From positions 1-43,714 of IMG/VR virus record IMGVR_UViG_3300033067_001172: 43,714 bases of DNA. One strand, given 5' to 3'. The notes below the pieces were generated by a model, which did no database searches, was not told where the DNA came from, and was given only the letters and a program-made list of their open reading frames with translations. A program made the translations under genes and the position numbers. The stretch is from a virus (lineage: Duplodnaviria > Caudoviricetes). Positions 27,523-36,259 of this stretch are shown one piece after another; positions within the stretch are counted from its first letter, which is position 1, and every line of letters begins with the position of its first letter.

Positions 27523-28473
27523 TTAAGAACTTGTTACGTGAACGACGCGGGCTTCGCCAGCACTTGCAGAATCCTTCCAGACCTGATCGAAGCCATAGAT
27601 TCCGTACCAAGCAACGCCTTTGCTGCGACCGTAATCGCCTGATTCCTTAGCGCGAAGCTCAGGATCACGGACAGTTGCCATTGCGATAGCGTCTTCACCG
27701 AAGGCTACGCATTCGCCGAGGACTGAGCCCGTACCTTTGCTACCTGACAGAGAAGCAGTGTTGTTACATTCGACGACGCGGATGTTTTCGATCTTTCCGA
27801 TTTCGCCAGTGAACATGGCTTCTTTGTTGGTGTATTTCTGCCAGTCGATCCAATCTGGATCAGTCTTAATTCCACGACAGGCCTTAGTAGCTGCGAGCAT
27901 GACGTACTCGGAACCTGCGTAAGGAGCAACGTTGAGGGTGCTGAAGAGGTAATCGCGGATCTGACCCATGTGGTACATGTTCAAGTTAGCGACAGCAGCC
28001 GATGAAGGAGTTCCGTCAGTGTCCATAGTCAGGGCAGCGACCCCAGTCGGGATTGCCTTAACTTGACCCGCTTTGAAGGCAGTGAAAATCGCAGCGTCCA
28101 TCGAAAGGGCGAGTTGATCGCGGAGTTTTTTCTGGATCGCGTTCTCAAGGTCAAAGTGAGCGAGATCGACTGAGAGGCTAGTGTAAGGGATTGCGCGGCC
28201 CCTCTCGAATACTGCAATTGACTGAGTACTCAGACTTACTGAATCCTCGGGGATCATTTCTTCTTCGACGAGGATGTCTGAAGTAGGCACGGTTACGTTG
28301 CTGATGCGAGTGATCGTAACGTCTTCGCCCTTTTTGCGCCCGAAACCGTCCTCAGAAGTGCCAACGAATTGCATTCCGAGAGTTTGAGCGATTGCAGCCA
28401 TACGGATTCTGCCCGAAAGTGCGTGATTCTGATAAACGCCGCTTGGGGCGTCGTATGTCCAACTGTGTGACAC
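27523..28473 (-). CDS. Major capsid protein (HK97 fold)
   Basis: G..KGEDVTI, GEIGKIENIRVVE, DYGR..GVAWY motifs; follows the scaffold gene. Confidence 0.9.
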   Translation of the reverse strand: MSHSWTYDAPSGVYQNHALSGRIRMAAIAQTLGMQFVGTSEDGFGRKKGEDVTITRISNVTVPTSDILVEEEMIPEDSVSLSTQSIAVFERGRAIPYTSLSVDLAHFDLENAIQKKLRDQLALSMDAAIFTAFKAGQVKAIPTGVAALTMDTDGTPSSAAVANLNMYHMGQIRDYLFSTLNVAPYAGSEYVMLAATKACRGIKTDPDWIDWQKYTNKEAMFTGEIGKIENIRVVECNNTASLSGSKGTGSVLGECVAFGEDAIAMATVRDPELRAKESGDYGRSKGVAWYGIYGFDQVWKDSASAGEARVVHVTSS

Positions 28474-28480
28474 TGTTATT

Positions 28481-28524
28481 CTCCTTGGAGTGTGGTACTT
28501 GAGCTAGCCACACTCCGAAAGGAG
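28481..28524 (-). promoter_or_regulatory. Hairpin sequestering the Shine-Dalgarno of the capsid gene
   Basis: mRNA: CUCCUU-UC-GGAGUGUGG-12 nt-CCACACUCC-AAGGAG; the SD pairs with the upstream CUCCUU. Confidence 0.6.
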
Positions 28525-28529
28525 CGCAG

Positions 28530-29312
28530 TTAGCGGTGCTTGTTTTTAAGTTGACGCAGTTGATCCTTCATTGACATTGGTTTTTCCTCTTTCTTCGGAA
28601 GTGTAACCTTTTTGTCGCTCCCCGTGGGGGTCGTGCCCGGTCCAGCTCCGCGAGGTAACACGGTCTTCTGCTTAGTTGCCTCTGCGTAAGCCTGGAACTT
28701 GGCGCGAGTCTTTTGTGCTACGTAGTTCATGGCAGCTTCCTGACCTTTCGTCCTAACGAGTGCTTGGATGATCTCTTTGTGTTGGTTGTGATTCGCGATT
28801 GTCTCAACGTCCTCTTTGAAATCGGCGAGGTCTGGATGGGCGGACGTGAATTTGTCCCAAACTTCGCGCTCAATGTCGCGTGCTGAAGTAACTCGCTGAA
28901 GCTCTTCAAATGCTTCGCGTTTCGCCTTTGCAGTAAGCTCCTTAAGGACCTCTTTCGGATTTGCGTAGAAGCGTTCTTCGAAGTTAGGATCTTCGTCCTC
29001 TTGCTTCGCGGGAGTTACTTGCGGAAGTTGCCCCTGTGTGAAGACTTGAGAGTCAGAGATGCCCGAACGGTAAGCGTCGGCGAGTTCCTTTTCTCGTTCA
29101 AGCTGGGCTTTGTTACTGAGTGCCCACTTAAGGGCGTCGGCTTCACTTGCGAATCTGTGACCGTCGATTTCGACTGTGTTTGCTTCGTCTGCCTCAGCTC
29201 CTCCTGAATCTCCGGCGGCGTCCTGTGCTCCCTCCGTTTCGGGTGTGTTCTCGGCTTCGGTCTCATCGGGTAGGATCTGCTTCTGGTCCTGCTCATCTGT
29301 AGTAGTTTGCAC
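28530..29312 (-). CDS. Capsid scaffolding protein
   Basis: Acidic disordered N-terminus, coiled coils, basic C-terminal helix; between portal and capsid. Confidence 0.75.
   Translation of the reverse strand: MQTTTDEQDQKQILPDETEAENTPETEGAQDAAGDSGGAEADEANTVEIDGHRFASEADALKWALSNKAQLEREKELADAYRSGISDSQVFTQGQLPQVTPAKQEDEDPNFEERFYANPKEVLKELTAKAKREAFEELQRVTSARDIEREVWDKFTSAHPDLADFKEDVETIANHNQHKEIIQALVRTKGQEAAMNYVAQKTRAKFQAYAEATKQKTVLPRGAGPGTTPTGSDKKVTLPKKEEKPMSMKDQLRQLKNKHR
28596..28611 (-). promoter_or_regulatory. Intragenic copy of operator-like motif
   Basis: AAAGGTTACACTTCCG on the - strand, identical over 16 bp to 38796-38811. Confidence 0.45.
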
Positions 29313-29314
29313 GG

Positions 29315-29557
29315 TTACTGTCCTTTCTGGGAGTCTCGTTGTTCTAGTTTGTTAATTAAGTCGCGTTTGAGCTCGACGTAGGCGACGTAAGCTGCGGTCG
29401 CAGGACGTAAGTCGGACTTACCTGCGTGGTAGTCCGCCTGAATTAGCCTCAGCGCTCCGTCGATTCGTCGATCAAGGAGGCGCATGAGTGCTGGAGCCGC
29501 TACGCCGATGAGAGCGAGTTCGTCGTCCTCAGTGAGGTAGTTCTGCGGGGGCTTCAC
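29315..29557 (-). CDS. Hypothetical protein between portal and scaffold
   Basis: Coupled GTGA overlap; helical. Confidence 0.7.
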   Translation of the reverse strand: MKPPQNYLTEDDELALIGVAAPALMRLLDRRIDGALRLIQADYHAGKSDLRPATAAYVAYVELKRDLINKLEQRDSQKGQ

Positions 29558-31500
29558 GCATTCCCGCCTTGGTTACTGAGAGCGCGGCTTCCAGGGAAGG
29601 GCTGCTGACCCTGACGCGCTGAGGGTTCGCTTCCGAGGACTGCAGCGAGAGAGCCTGCGCCTGCCTGCGGAACCTGGCTCATCTGGTTTGGGCCTTGTGC
29701 GGGGATTTCTTGCTGTGGAGCCTGCGGTTTCGGCGCTGACTCGCTCGGATTCTCCTTGAGCTTCGCCGGATCGATTCCGAGTGATCGGATGATCTCCTCG
29801 ATGAGCTTGCCGAATGCGTTTCCGTACTTCTGGAGGAACGCTTCGATCATTACTTCGCTTGCGCCGAGGGTCTGAAGGAGCGTCGTGTACTTGCGGAAGT
29901 CAGCCTGCTGGCTGATGAGCTTGCTGAGGCCGAATACTTCGAATTGCACTCCGTTTGCAGTCGCTGCGAATACTTCTTCGGGGCTGAGCTGGCTTAGTTG
30001 CTCGCCGCGCTCCTCGCCGAAGAGGGCGATGAACTCGGACTTGTCAATGAGGTCCCAGTTCTGCGCGATTGTCATCCAGGTGAGTTCGAGGATCGGTTGG
30101 ATTGCCTTCGTCTCGACGTTCTTTGTGATTCCCGCGAATACGGAGTTGATTGTATTGCTCGCTTCAACGACTGCAGTAGCGCGAGTCGCAGAGTTCCCGA
30201 CTCCGCCTCCTGAGCGCACGTCATTCGTGAGCATCGCGGAGTTATTCTCCTGGTTCGCGATCTGGAACATATTTAGGATGTCCGGCGGAACCTGGCCCGT
30301 GCTGACCGGCTCGTAGACTTTCGCTCCGGGCGGAAGCGTATTGCGTACTTTGAGTGTCGTGCCGGGGAGGATCCCCCCGCTGACTTGCTTCGGATCGTCG
30401 AGATCGTCGATGCGAACCTGGCTGATGTTATGGACGGCCTGCATTCCGGCGTCGAGCATGAGGTTGAACATTTCAGTCAGGACGCGGTTGTGCTTCGTTC
30501 CGGCGTCCATAAGGGCTGTGTGCCAGACTGAGTTTCCGACTTCAAGCAGGGCACTGCGGACGATTGGGGACTTCTGATGCCAGAGTGGATTCGGTTTCGG
30601 CCCGCGAATGATAGTTTTTTCGTTTGCGACCGTGATTACGCAATTCTCGAAAAGGAGAGTTCCGTCCTCTTCGTCGATTACGTTACCCCAGAATTCAGTA
30701 ATCTTAACTTGCGGACGGTGTGAGGGAATGCGGGGATTCTGTCCGGCTTCCTGCGCCCTTCGCCACTCGTCGTCGGAGTCCGAGCCCCACGGAGTGAGCT
30801 CCTCGACTGCTTTTGAGTCGTACATTCCGTACGCGTCGCCTGCGAGCTGCTTTACGACATGCATATCGAGGAAACTCTCTTCGATTTCGTAGAGGTCTTG
30901 ACCCGTCGGATCCGGGAAGTAATTCTCGTGCCTGATGAGGTCGAACTTCAAACTCCACGTCTTGGCGTTGTCTTTCTCGAGCCAGCGTTTGAAGGTTTTT
31001 CCGCGTCCTGACTTACGTGCGACGTACTTTGGCTTCGGCTTCAAGCATCCGTGAGTCTTACTGACCCAGAGTGAGCCAAGTAATGCGGCCTGAATGCCGT
31101 GGCCTACGTGAGAGTAGAAGTCTGCTTCGCTGAGCTTGCGGTTCGTGAGCCGGTAGATTTCGGACGGTTTAATGGCCATGCCGAAGCCTTCAGTTCCGTC
31201 AGCAGGCGCGCACTTCCACCACTCACCGATGTCGATCAAAGCCTGAACGAAGAAGGACTTCGTTTGCTCAACCGCCATTTTTTGTTTACTGAGAACTTCA
31301 GTGCTCTGACCGGCCTTTTTGTGGCTGAAGTCGTGCTTGAGGTGGTATTGGTTGTAATTGTCCTCGTTGAGGCTCATGCGAGTGCGCTTCGCGGAGTCTG
31401 CCTCTTCCTTGCAGGCGAGGACGTACTGAACGAGCTGCGAATTAGTCATTTCGGTTTCGTTCTCGGACGCTTCTTCTTCTCGGGTTTTTGCGTAACTCAT
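29554..31500 (-). CDS. Portal protein (P22-like)
   Basis: 648 aa after terminase; NYFPDP, EFWG, NPLWH..P, TRATAV motifs; Q/P-rich tail. Confidence 0.85.
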   Translation of the reverse strand: MSYAKTREEEASENETEMTNSQLVQYVLACKEEADSAKRTRMSLNEDNYNQYHLKHDFSHKKAGQSTEVLSKQKMAVEQTKSFFVQALIDIGEWWKCAPADGTEGFGMAIKPSEIYRLTNRKLSEADFYSHVGHGIQAALLGSLWVSKTHGCLKPKPKYVARKSGRGKTFKRWLEKDNAKTWSLKFDLIRHENYFPDPTGQDLYEIEESFLDMHVVKQLAGDAYGMYDSKAVEELTPWGSDSDDEWRRAQEAGQNPRIPSHRPQVKITEFWGNVIDEEDGTLLFENCVITVANEKTIIRGPKPNPLWHQKSPIVRSALLEVGNSVWHTALMDAGTKHNRVLTEMFNLMLDAGMQAVHNISQVRIDDLDDPKQVSGGILPGTTLKVRNTLPPGAKVYEPVSTGQVPPDILNMFQIANQENNSAMLTNDVRSGGGVGNSATRATAVVEASNTINSVFAGITKNVETKAIQPILELTWMTIAQNWDLIDKSEFIALFGEERGEQLSQLSPEEVFAATANGVQFEVFGLSKLISQQADFRKYTTLLQTLGASEVMIEAFLQKYGNAFGKLIEEIIRSLGIDPAKLKENPSESAPKPQAPQQEIPAQGPNQMSQVPQAGAGSLAAVLGSEPSARQGQQPFPGSRALSNQGGNA

Positions 31501-31506
31501 TTTAGT

Positions 31507-33132
31507 TTACTCCTTAGTTTCTTCACGGCGCTGAAAGCCGTAGCTTGGTGTTGGAATTTCGATTTCTGTTCTGCGTGCTGAGTGGATCGCTCCGGCTGCG
31601 AGATACTGGAGCGCATCGTGCGGATGACTGAAGTTATTCTTAAGGGGGCGCAGTCGTGCGGGTTCGTTCTCGCTCGCATTCGTCGGGTACTGGTAGCCTC
31701 CCGAGAACCCCTCGATGAGAGTCGGACAGTAGCGCTCGTCGATGAGGAGCCCTGCGCCCTGCTTCGTGTGCCGAGTGAGGAACGTCTCGACTGCATTCTT
31801 GCGGGACTCGAAGTCGATAGGGCCTGGCGTTACTTTTTCGAATCCCGAGGCTCGGAGCAGCCCTGCGCAAGTGCGCGCGTCCGTCTGTGCGCGCTGGAAT
31901 CCTGCAGGATCTATGAACGTAATTATCATGTCGGACTTCTGAGTCCATTGGGTGTAGTGAAGGCGCAAGTCAGACCATACTTTCGGGGCGAACGTATTGA
32001 GTGCTTCGTTCGTTGCGACCCATTCGCGCAGGATCCGCAGTTGCTTCCCGACGAGTTGCGCGAGGACCGCTGCAGGAGTCAGTCCGAAGTCGAACGCTAT
32101 AAGGAGGGGAAGTCCGAGCTCCGCTTCGAGCTCTTCCACTACGTGGTACGGTTTGCTGTAGTCCCCGTAGACGGGAAGTCCTTCGAAGGTTTGCCAGGTT
32201 TTTTCGTACTCCTGCATGAACTTACGGATCGGCATTGAGTTCTTGACTGCATTCAGCCAGTCGCGTCCGCGCTTCTCGGGATTCGCCGTGTAGTGTAGGT
32301 CAATGATTAGGAAGCGATTCTCCGGATTCTTCCAGACTTCGACCCCCGTGAGGGGCTGCTGACTCGGAACCGGAGGACGCTCCGGAAAGTTAAGGTCCGG
32401 ATGCTGAAGCTTGTCGAATACGAGCTTCTTGAAGAAGCCCGGACTGCGCGAACTCACGAGGGTCATGCGACCGCCGCCGTCGAGGGTCGGCTTCGTCGCT
32501 GCGTAGAAGTCCTCGGCCTGTTCCCAGAAGGCGCACTCGTCGCCGAAGATTCCGGAGAGTGTGAACTGACGGAGCTGATCCGCTCCCATGGGGAAGCCCT
32601 GGATTTTACTTGCAAGGTCCGGGAACTCCAGGACGGGCGGAGACTTCGTCATGGTCCCCTTACCGCCGATCTTCGGAAGGAGCTCGCGTGGAATGCGCCA
32701 CTCGGGGATGTGACGGAAAATGAACTCTGCGCGCGAGACGAGGTCGCCTGCGTCATCCTCTTTCTTCGAGACGAATCCGTTGAAACGTCCTGGATGGAAG
32801 ATCGTATCCCAGAGATAGAGGGGGATGCAGGTCCAGGACGCGAGCATTCTGCGTGACTTCGGCACGGCGATGAGGTTGTGCCGCTGCCAGGCCCGTACGA
32901 AGAACGGCAGGTACGGGAAGTAGCTCGGGTACTTCGCGACTGGGTGATCTCGGTTGACCTGATTGAGCGTCCAGACGCAGTCGCGCAGGAATTCCCAGGG
33001 ATCCTTCTTGTAATTCACGTACGCACGGACTTGCGCGCGCACCTTCTCGGGCTCAGTAAGCTGCAGGAATGCGAATTTCTCACGCTCTTCGCGCTCAGCG
33101 AGAAGGCTTGCGGGGTCCGTTGTGGCGCTCAA
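31507..33132 (-). CDS. terL: Terminase large subunit
   Basis: KSRR Walker A-like, IFGDECAFW Walker B, DFGLTPA, IDPAG and HPHDALQY nuclease motifs. Confidence 0.92.
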   Translation of the reverse strand: MSATTDPASLLAEREEREKFAFLQLTEPEKVRAQVRAYVNYKKDPWEFLRDCVWTLNQVNRDHPVAKYPSYFPYLPFFVRAWQRHNLIAVPKSRRMLASWTCIPLYLWDTIFHPGRFNGFVSKKEDDAGDLVSRAEFIFRHIPEWRIPRELLPKIGGKGTMTKSPPVLEFPDLASKIQGFPMGADQLRQFTLSGIFGDECAFWEQAEDFYAATKPTLDGGGRMTLVSSRSPGFFKKLVFDKLQHPDLNFPERPPVPSQQPLTGVEVWKNPENRFLIIDLHYTANPEKRGRDWLNAVKNSMPIRKFMQEYEKTWQTFEGLPVYGDYSKPYHVVEELEAELGLPLLIAFDFGLTPAAVLAQLVGKQLRILREWVATNEALNTFAPKVWSDLRLHYTQWTQKSDMIITFIDPAGFQRAQTDARTCAGLLRASGFEKVTPGPIDFESRKNAVETFLTRHTKQGAGLLIDERYCPTLIEGFSGGYQYPTNASENEPARLRPLKNNFSHPHDALQYLAAGAIHSARRTEIEIPTPSYGFQRREETKE

Positions 33133-33175
33133 GTTGTGTTACTCTTTTGTAGTTTGCTGCCGGTACGTAGTGGTT

Positions 33176-33205
33176 AGTGTGCCTTCGGCGTGGCTTTGCG
33201 GTCAA
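33176..33205 (-). promoter_or_regulatory. Putative sigma70-type promoter for terL
   Basis: TTGACC-18 nt-CACACT; spacer resembles that of the 7996 promoter. Confidence 0.45.
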
Positions 33206-33236
33206 GTTGAGCCGTGCGTGCTGCGCGCGTGCTGCG

Positions 33237-33929
33237 TTAGCGGACTTTCTCGTCGAGCCAGGTGCCCCAATCCGCGTCTTTCGGGGCTTGCTCCGCTCCT
33301 GACGGGGCTTCGCCCTCGGTTTGAGCCTCAATGAGCCGTTCCGGCGTAGCCGCAGGACTTACGTCGAGTACTTCACCTTCTGCGCGCATCTCAGTGATGA
33401 CGGCCATGAATTTATCGAGGGTACTTGAGGCAACGTCGACCTTCTGCGTGGCCTTACCGTCGAGTTTCTCGACTACCCACTGGGCGATTTCGACTCTCTT
33501 CTCGGTTTTCATTTCGAGCTTACCGAGGACTGCATCCTCGATTACGTCCATACTCTCGGGGCCAATGTCTTTGAGGCGTTGTCCGACAGTGCGGTCGAAG
33601 GCGAGATCCCGCATTCGCTCGACCTCCGCTCGGATTTTGTCGTCATTAGCGAGGAGTGAGATTGTATTCTCCGCCATATTCAAGCGCGCTGCGATGTCTT
33701 TGTGCTGTTTCCCGAGGAAGAGCAGCCGTGCGATCTCGTAGTGACGCGCCTTAAGGCGGGTCCACGGGGCTAGGTGATTCTCTCCGTAATTGAGTTCAGT
33801 TCCAATTGCATCTATGTGGAGGGGCTGACTGCGTCCTGAGATTCGCGGAAGCATTGAACTTGAGACGAGGTGAGAGAAGGGTCCTGTAGTTTCCGCTTCG
33901 GTTGTTGAGTCATCAGGTTCGTCAGTCAT
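33237..33929 (-). CDS. HTH protein, putative terminase small subunit
   Basis: RHYEIARLLFLG.QHKDIAARLNMAENTIS helix-turn-helix; directly upstream of terL; ATG 33929 preferred. Confidence 0.7.
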   Translation of the reverse strand: MTDEPDDSTTEAETTGPFSHLVSSSMLPRISGRSQPLHIDAIGTELNYGENHLAPWTRLKARHYEIARLLFLGKQHKDIAARLNMAENTISLLANDDKIRAEVERMRDLAFDRTVGQRLKDIGPESMDVIEDAVLGKLEMKTEKRVEIAQWVVEKLDGKATQKVDVASSTLDKFMAVITEMRAEGEVLDVSPAATPERLIEAQTEGEAPSGAEQAPKDADWGTWLDEKVR

Positions 33930-34012
33930 TGAGTAAAGTGTTACATAAGTAGACGCAAGTAGGCAAGCATCTTCGGAGGCGCACTCAGCGCAGCAAACCG
34001 AGCATATGCGCA

Positions 34013-34045
34013 AATGCGCCTATCTCGGAATGGGCTCGCCCGACG
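34013..34045. repeat. 33-bp imperfect direct repeat, copy 1
   Basis: AATGCGCCTATCTCGGAATGGGCTCGCCCGACG; partner at 34448-34480. Confidence 0.8.
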
Positions 34046-34281
34046 GTCCCCGGTGCCGTGGGGGTTCGGTTTTCGTCGCAGCGCGTCGCGTCCCCCATTT
34101 AATTCCTAACGCAGCGCATTACGTCCCCCGTGAGTTGAGGTGCAGTGCGTCAGATTCGAAATCCGGTTAGCGTGGTCTGACAAGCACTATAGACTCACTG
34201 CGTGATTCCGTGAGGTAGGCAGGCGTAGGGTGGGGGTCGCTGCGCGCCAGGTTCCGAGCATGGATGCTGCATGTGTGGCAC

Positions 34282-34326
34282 TGGCATGATTCTTGCAGGG
34301 GGGCACTCCCCGGCACAGTCCTTGCA
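34282..34326 (+). promoter_or_regulatory. Two tandem sigma-54-type (-24/-12) motifs
   Basis: TGGCATG-ATTC-TTGCA (34282) and CGGCACA-GTCC-TTGCA (34311), both with canonical GG-N10-GC spacing. Confidence 0.6.
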
Positions 34327-34447
34327 ACGCTCCGCGTCCCACGACCCACTCAAACGCCTCGCGCTACGCGCGAAACTCCAACGATTCCGCGAGGTTAGAC
34401 TCAAACGGCGTGGTGCAAGCGCAGCGAACATACCGACCCCATGCACT

Positions 34448-34480
34448 AATGCGCCTATCTCGAACGAGGCTTGCTCGACG
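34448..34480. repeat. 33-bp imperfect direct repeat, copy 2
   Basis: AATGCGCCTATCTCGAACGAGGCTTGCTCGACG; a 10-bp inverted partial copy lies at 34704-34713. Confidence 0.8.
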
Positions 34481-34668
34481 TGGGGTTTTTGGGACTGCGG
34501 CACGTGATTTGTGTGAATGGCTTAGTGAACGTCTGTCCGTGTTCGAAACCTAACGCATTCGCTTTCGTTTTTATATGTCTCTATTAATAATCACTCTCAT
34601 TTAGAATTATCCGGAACGACAAAATCCAAGGGGGGAGTTTCGCACCGCGTCAGGAATACGCTCAAACC

Positions 34669-34697
34669 TTGACTGTCGGGCGGGCCTACTTCAGGAT
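34669..34697 (+). promoter_or_regulatory. Putative sigma70-type promoter
   Basis: TTGACT-17 nt-CAGGAT upstream of ORF 34761. Confidence 0.35.
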
Positions 34698-34760
34698 TCG
34701 CGTATAGGCGCATAGGGTAGCTTAGGTCGGTTTGTCATCGTATAACTAAGGAGTAACGCC

Positions 34761-35132
34761 ATGGGTTTTATAAACACTAAAGAAGATCTGAAAAAAGAGA
34801 TAGTCGCTTGTGTAACTAGGAGATGCAAAGCGAGTAGCGTCCCGTACCCGCTTAGAAAATTAAGCGCAGACTTCTCACGATGTTGGCCTCGCATTGGAGC
34901 TCGACCGCGCGAACTATGCGAGGAGTTAGAAAAAGAGGGACTCCTCACTATTCATGAACCTATTAGAGGTGGGACACTACTCATTTCGAACGACTATGTA
35001 GAATGGATTAAAGCTAACTTCGTGAATCCAGAAGCGAAACTCTTCGACCGGCTTATGGACTATGACAATGCCTTAATTAAACTCGCCGACAGTGCTATTA
35101 AGCTGCATTCGCCGAGCCGGAAAGACGTATAA
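34761..35132 (+). CDS. Hypothetical protein, possibly winged-helix
   Basis: AAGGAG RBS; ELCEELEKEGLLTI resembles a winged-helix recognition helix and wing. Confidence 0.7.
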   Translation: MGFINTKEDLKKEIVACVTRRCKASSVPYPLRKLSADFSRCWPRIGARPRELCEELEKEGLLTIHEPIRGGTLLISNDYVEWIKANFVNPEAKLFDRLMDYDNALIKLADSAIKLHSPSRKDV

Positions 35133-35268
35133 CTAATTCACAATGCCTGAAAGTTTGACAGTCTCTGCGTCCTGCGTGATTCCGCTGACTTAGGCGGATT
35201 CACTCCGAAGTGCGTGCATTTTTTAGACAGACAGGCTCCGCCAGATCGAACCTGCTGCGTTTGGAGCG

Positions 35269-35284
35269 TGGCACGTGCCTTGCT
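35269..35284 (+). promoter_or_regulatory. Sigma-54-type promoter for the early gene cluster
   Basis: TGGCACG-TGCC-TTGCT, exact consensus, 43 nt before ORF 35328. Confidence 0.75.
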
Positions 35285-35327
35285 CCTTAGTAAGGCATAA
35301 GGCGCTACGGCGCGGGAGACTCGAATT

Positions 35328-35645
35328 ATGAAAATCGAAATAGTAATCAAATCGGTAGATCAATGGCAGAAGCTGAATGTCGTTGGAATTCACTCATTAG
35401 AGCCCTCAATTCAGAAAATTTTCAGTTTAATTGAGGACGCTGAGAAGGACAGCTTTGAAACTATCTACATATATACGAAGCGTGGTTTTTGGAGTCGTTC
35501 GAATATCTTCGCCAGCATGAGTACTTGGAACCAACTTCGCCGCGCTTACGGCGAAAATGCGGACGTGCGTGCCGGACAAGTTTGCCGTCGTTTCGGACAA
35601 TGCCTCGGTGACGGCTTTACAATCTATTTCAGAAAGGGAGCTTGA
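35328..35645 (+). CDS. Hypothetical early protein
   Basis: GGGAG RBS; first ORF after the sigma-54 motif. Confidence 0.75.
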   Translation: MKIEIVIKSVDQWQKLNVVGIHSLEPSIQKIFSLIEDAEKDSFETIYIYTKRGFWSRSNIFASMSTWNQLRRAYGENADVRAGQVCRRFGQCLGDGFTIYFRKGA

Positions 35646-35648
35646 GTC

Positions 35649-35978
35649 ATGAGTACCATCAGATTTTTAGGTTTCACTCAAGTTTCAGAGACCCCAATAG
35701 TTTCGGACTTAGACTTAGAAAAACTCCTAGTCTGCTTGTCCAATGGTTGGCCGGACGGGGCCTTGTATACTTGGATTCGAGCCTTACCGGATTCGTTTGA
35801 GGTCGCATTTTCAATGACTTCGACCGCAGCAGACCGACAAGTGATTGAAACTTTAATTAAAGTCGACCCTCTGCTCGAAAGTTTCAGAATGCGAAAGTTT
35901 CAAGTTGGCGAAATCATGCCGGGAGACCTCGGACGTTATGTCCTGATCACATTGAAACGTGAGGGGTCTAAGCAATGA
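35649..35978 (+). CDS. Hypothetical early protein
   Basis: GGGAG RBS; tightly packed. Confidence 0.7.
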   Translation: MSTIRFLGFTQVSETPIVSDLDLEKLLVCLSNGWPDGALYTWIRALPDSFEVAFSMTSTAADRQVIETLIKVDPLLESFRMRKFQVGEIMPGDLGRYVLITLKREGSKQ

Positions 35979-36075
35979 ATCACTCAATCACATACTCGAT
36001 CAGATCGACGTTGCACTTCGGGACGGGTTTGAGTCGATCTACGTTGAATCACCTTCGAAAGTGAAAGGGGCTTGA
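35959..36075 (+). pseudogene. Short or frameshifted paralog of 35328-35645
   Basis: VRGLSNESLNHILDQIDVALRDGFESIYVESPSKVKGA resembles VVGIHSLEPSIQKIFSLIEDAEKDSFETIYI...KGA. Confidence 0.45.
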
Positions 36076-36078
36076 GTC

Positions 36079-36258
36079 ATGAAAAAACAATTCGAAATAA
36101 GAGATTGGGCCGGAAACTTAATTAAATTCGAAAATAGACCTTATATTTTCGACTCATTCGACGACGCCGAAGAGGTGTTGTGCGAGGAACTAGACGAAGA
36201 ATATGAAACTGATCGGGGTGAATACTACATTTTACCTATTGAGATTGAGAGGTTTTAA
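36079..36258 (+). CDS. 59-aa highly acidic protein (below ORF-track cutoff)
   Basis: MKKQFEIRDWAGNLIKFENRPYIFDSFDDAEEVLCEELDEEYETDRGEYYILPIEIERF; 18 D/E; RBS present. Confidence 0.8.
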   Translation: MKKQFEIRDWAGNLIKFENRPYIFDSFDDAEEVLCEELDEEYETDRGEYYILPIEIERF

Positions 36259-36259
36259 A

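Noticed and set aside
31582-32856. Long antisense ORFs opposite terL (similar ones opposite pol and portal)
   Set aside because: Shadow frames of GC-rich coding sequence, with no recognisable motifs or convincing RBS.
34167-34553. Four short overlapping ORFs in the control region
   Set aside because: No RBS, unprotein-like composition and overlap with promoter and repeat motifs; treated as non-coding.
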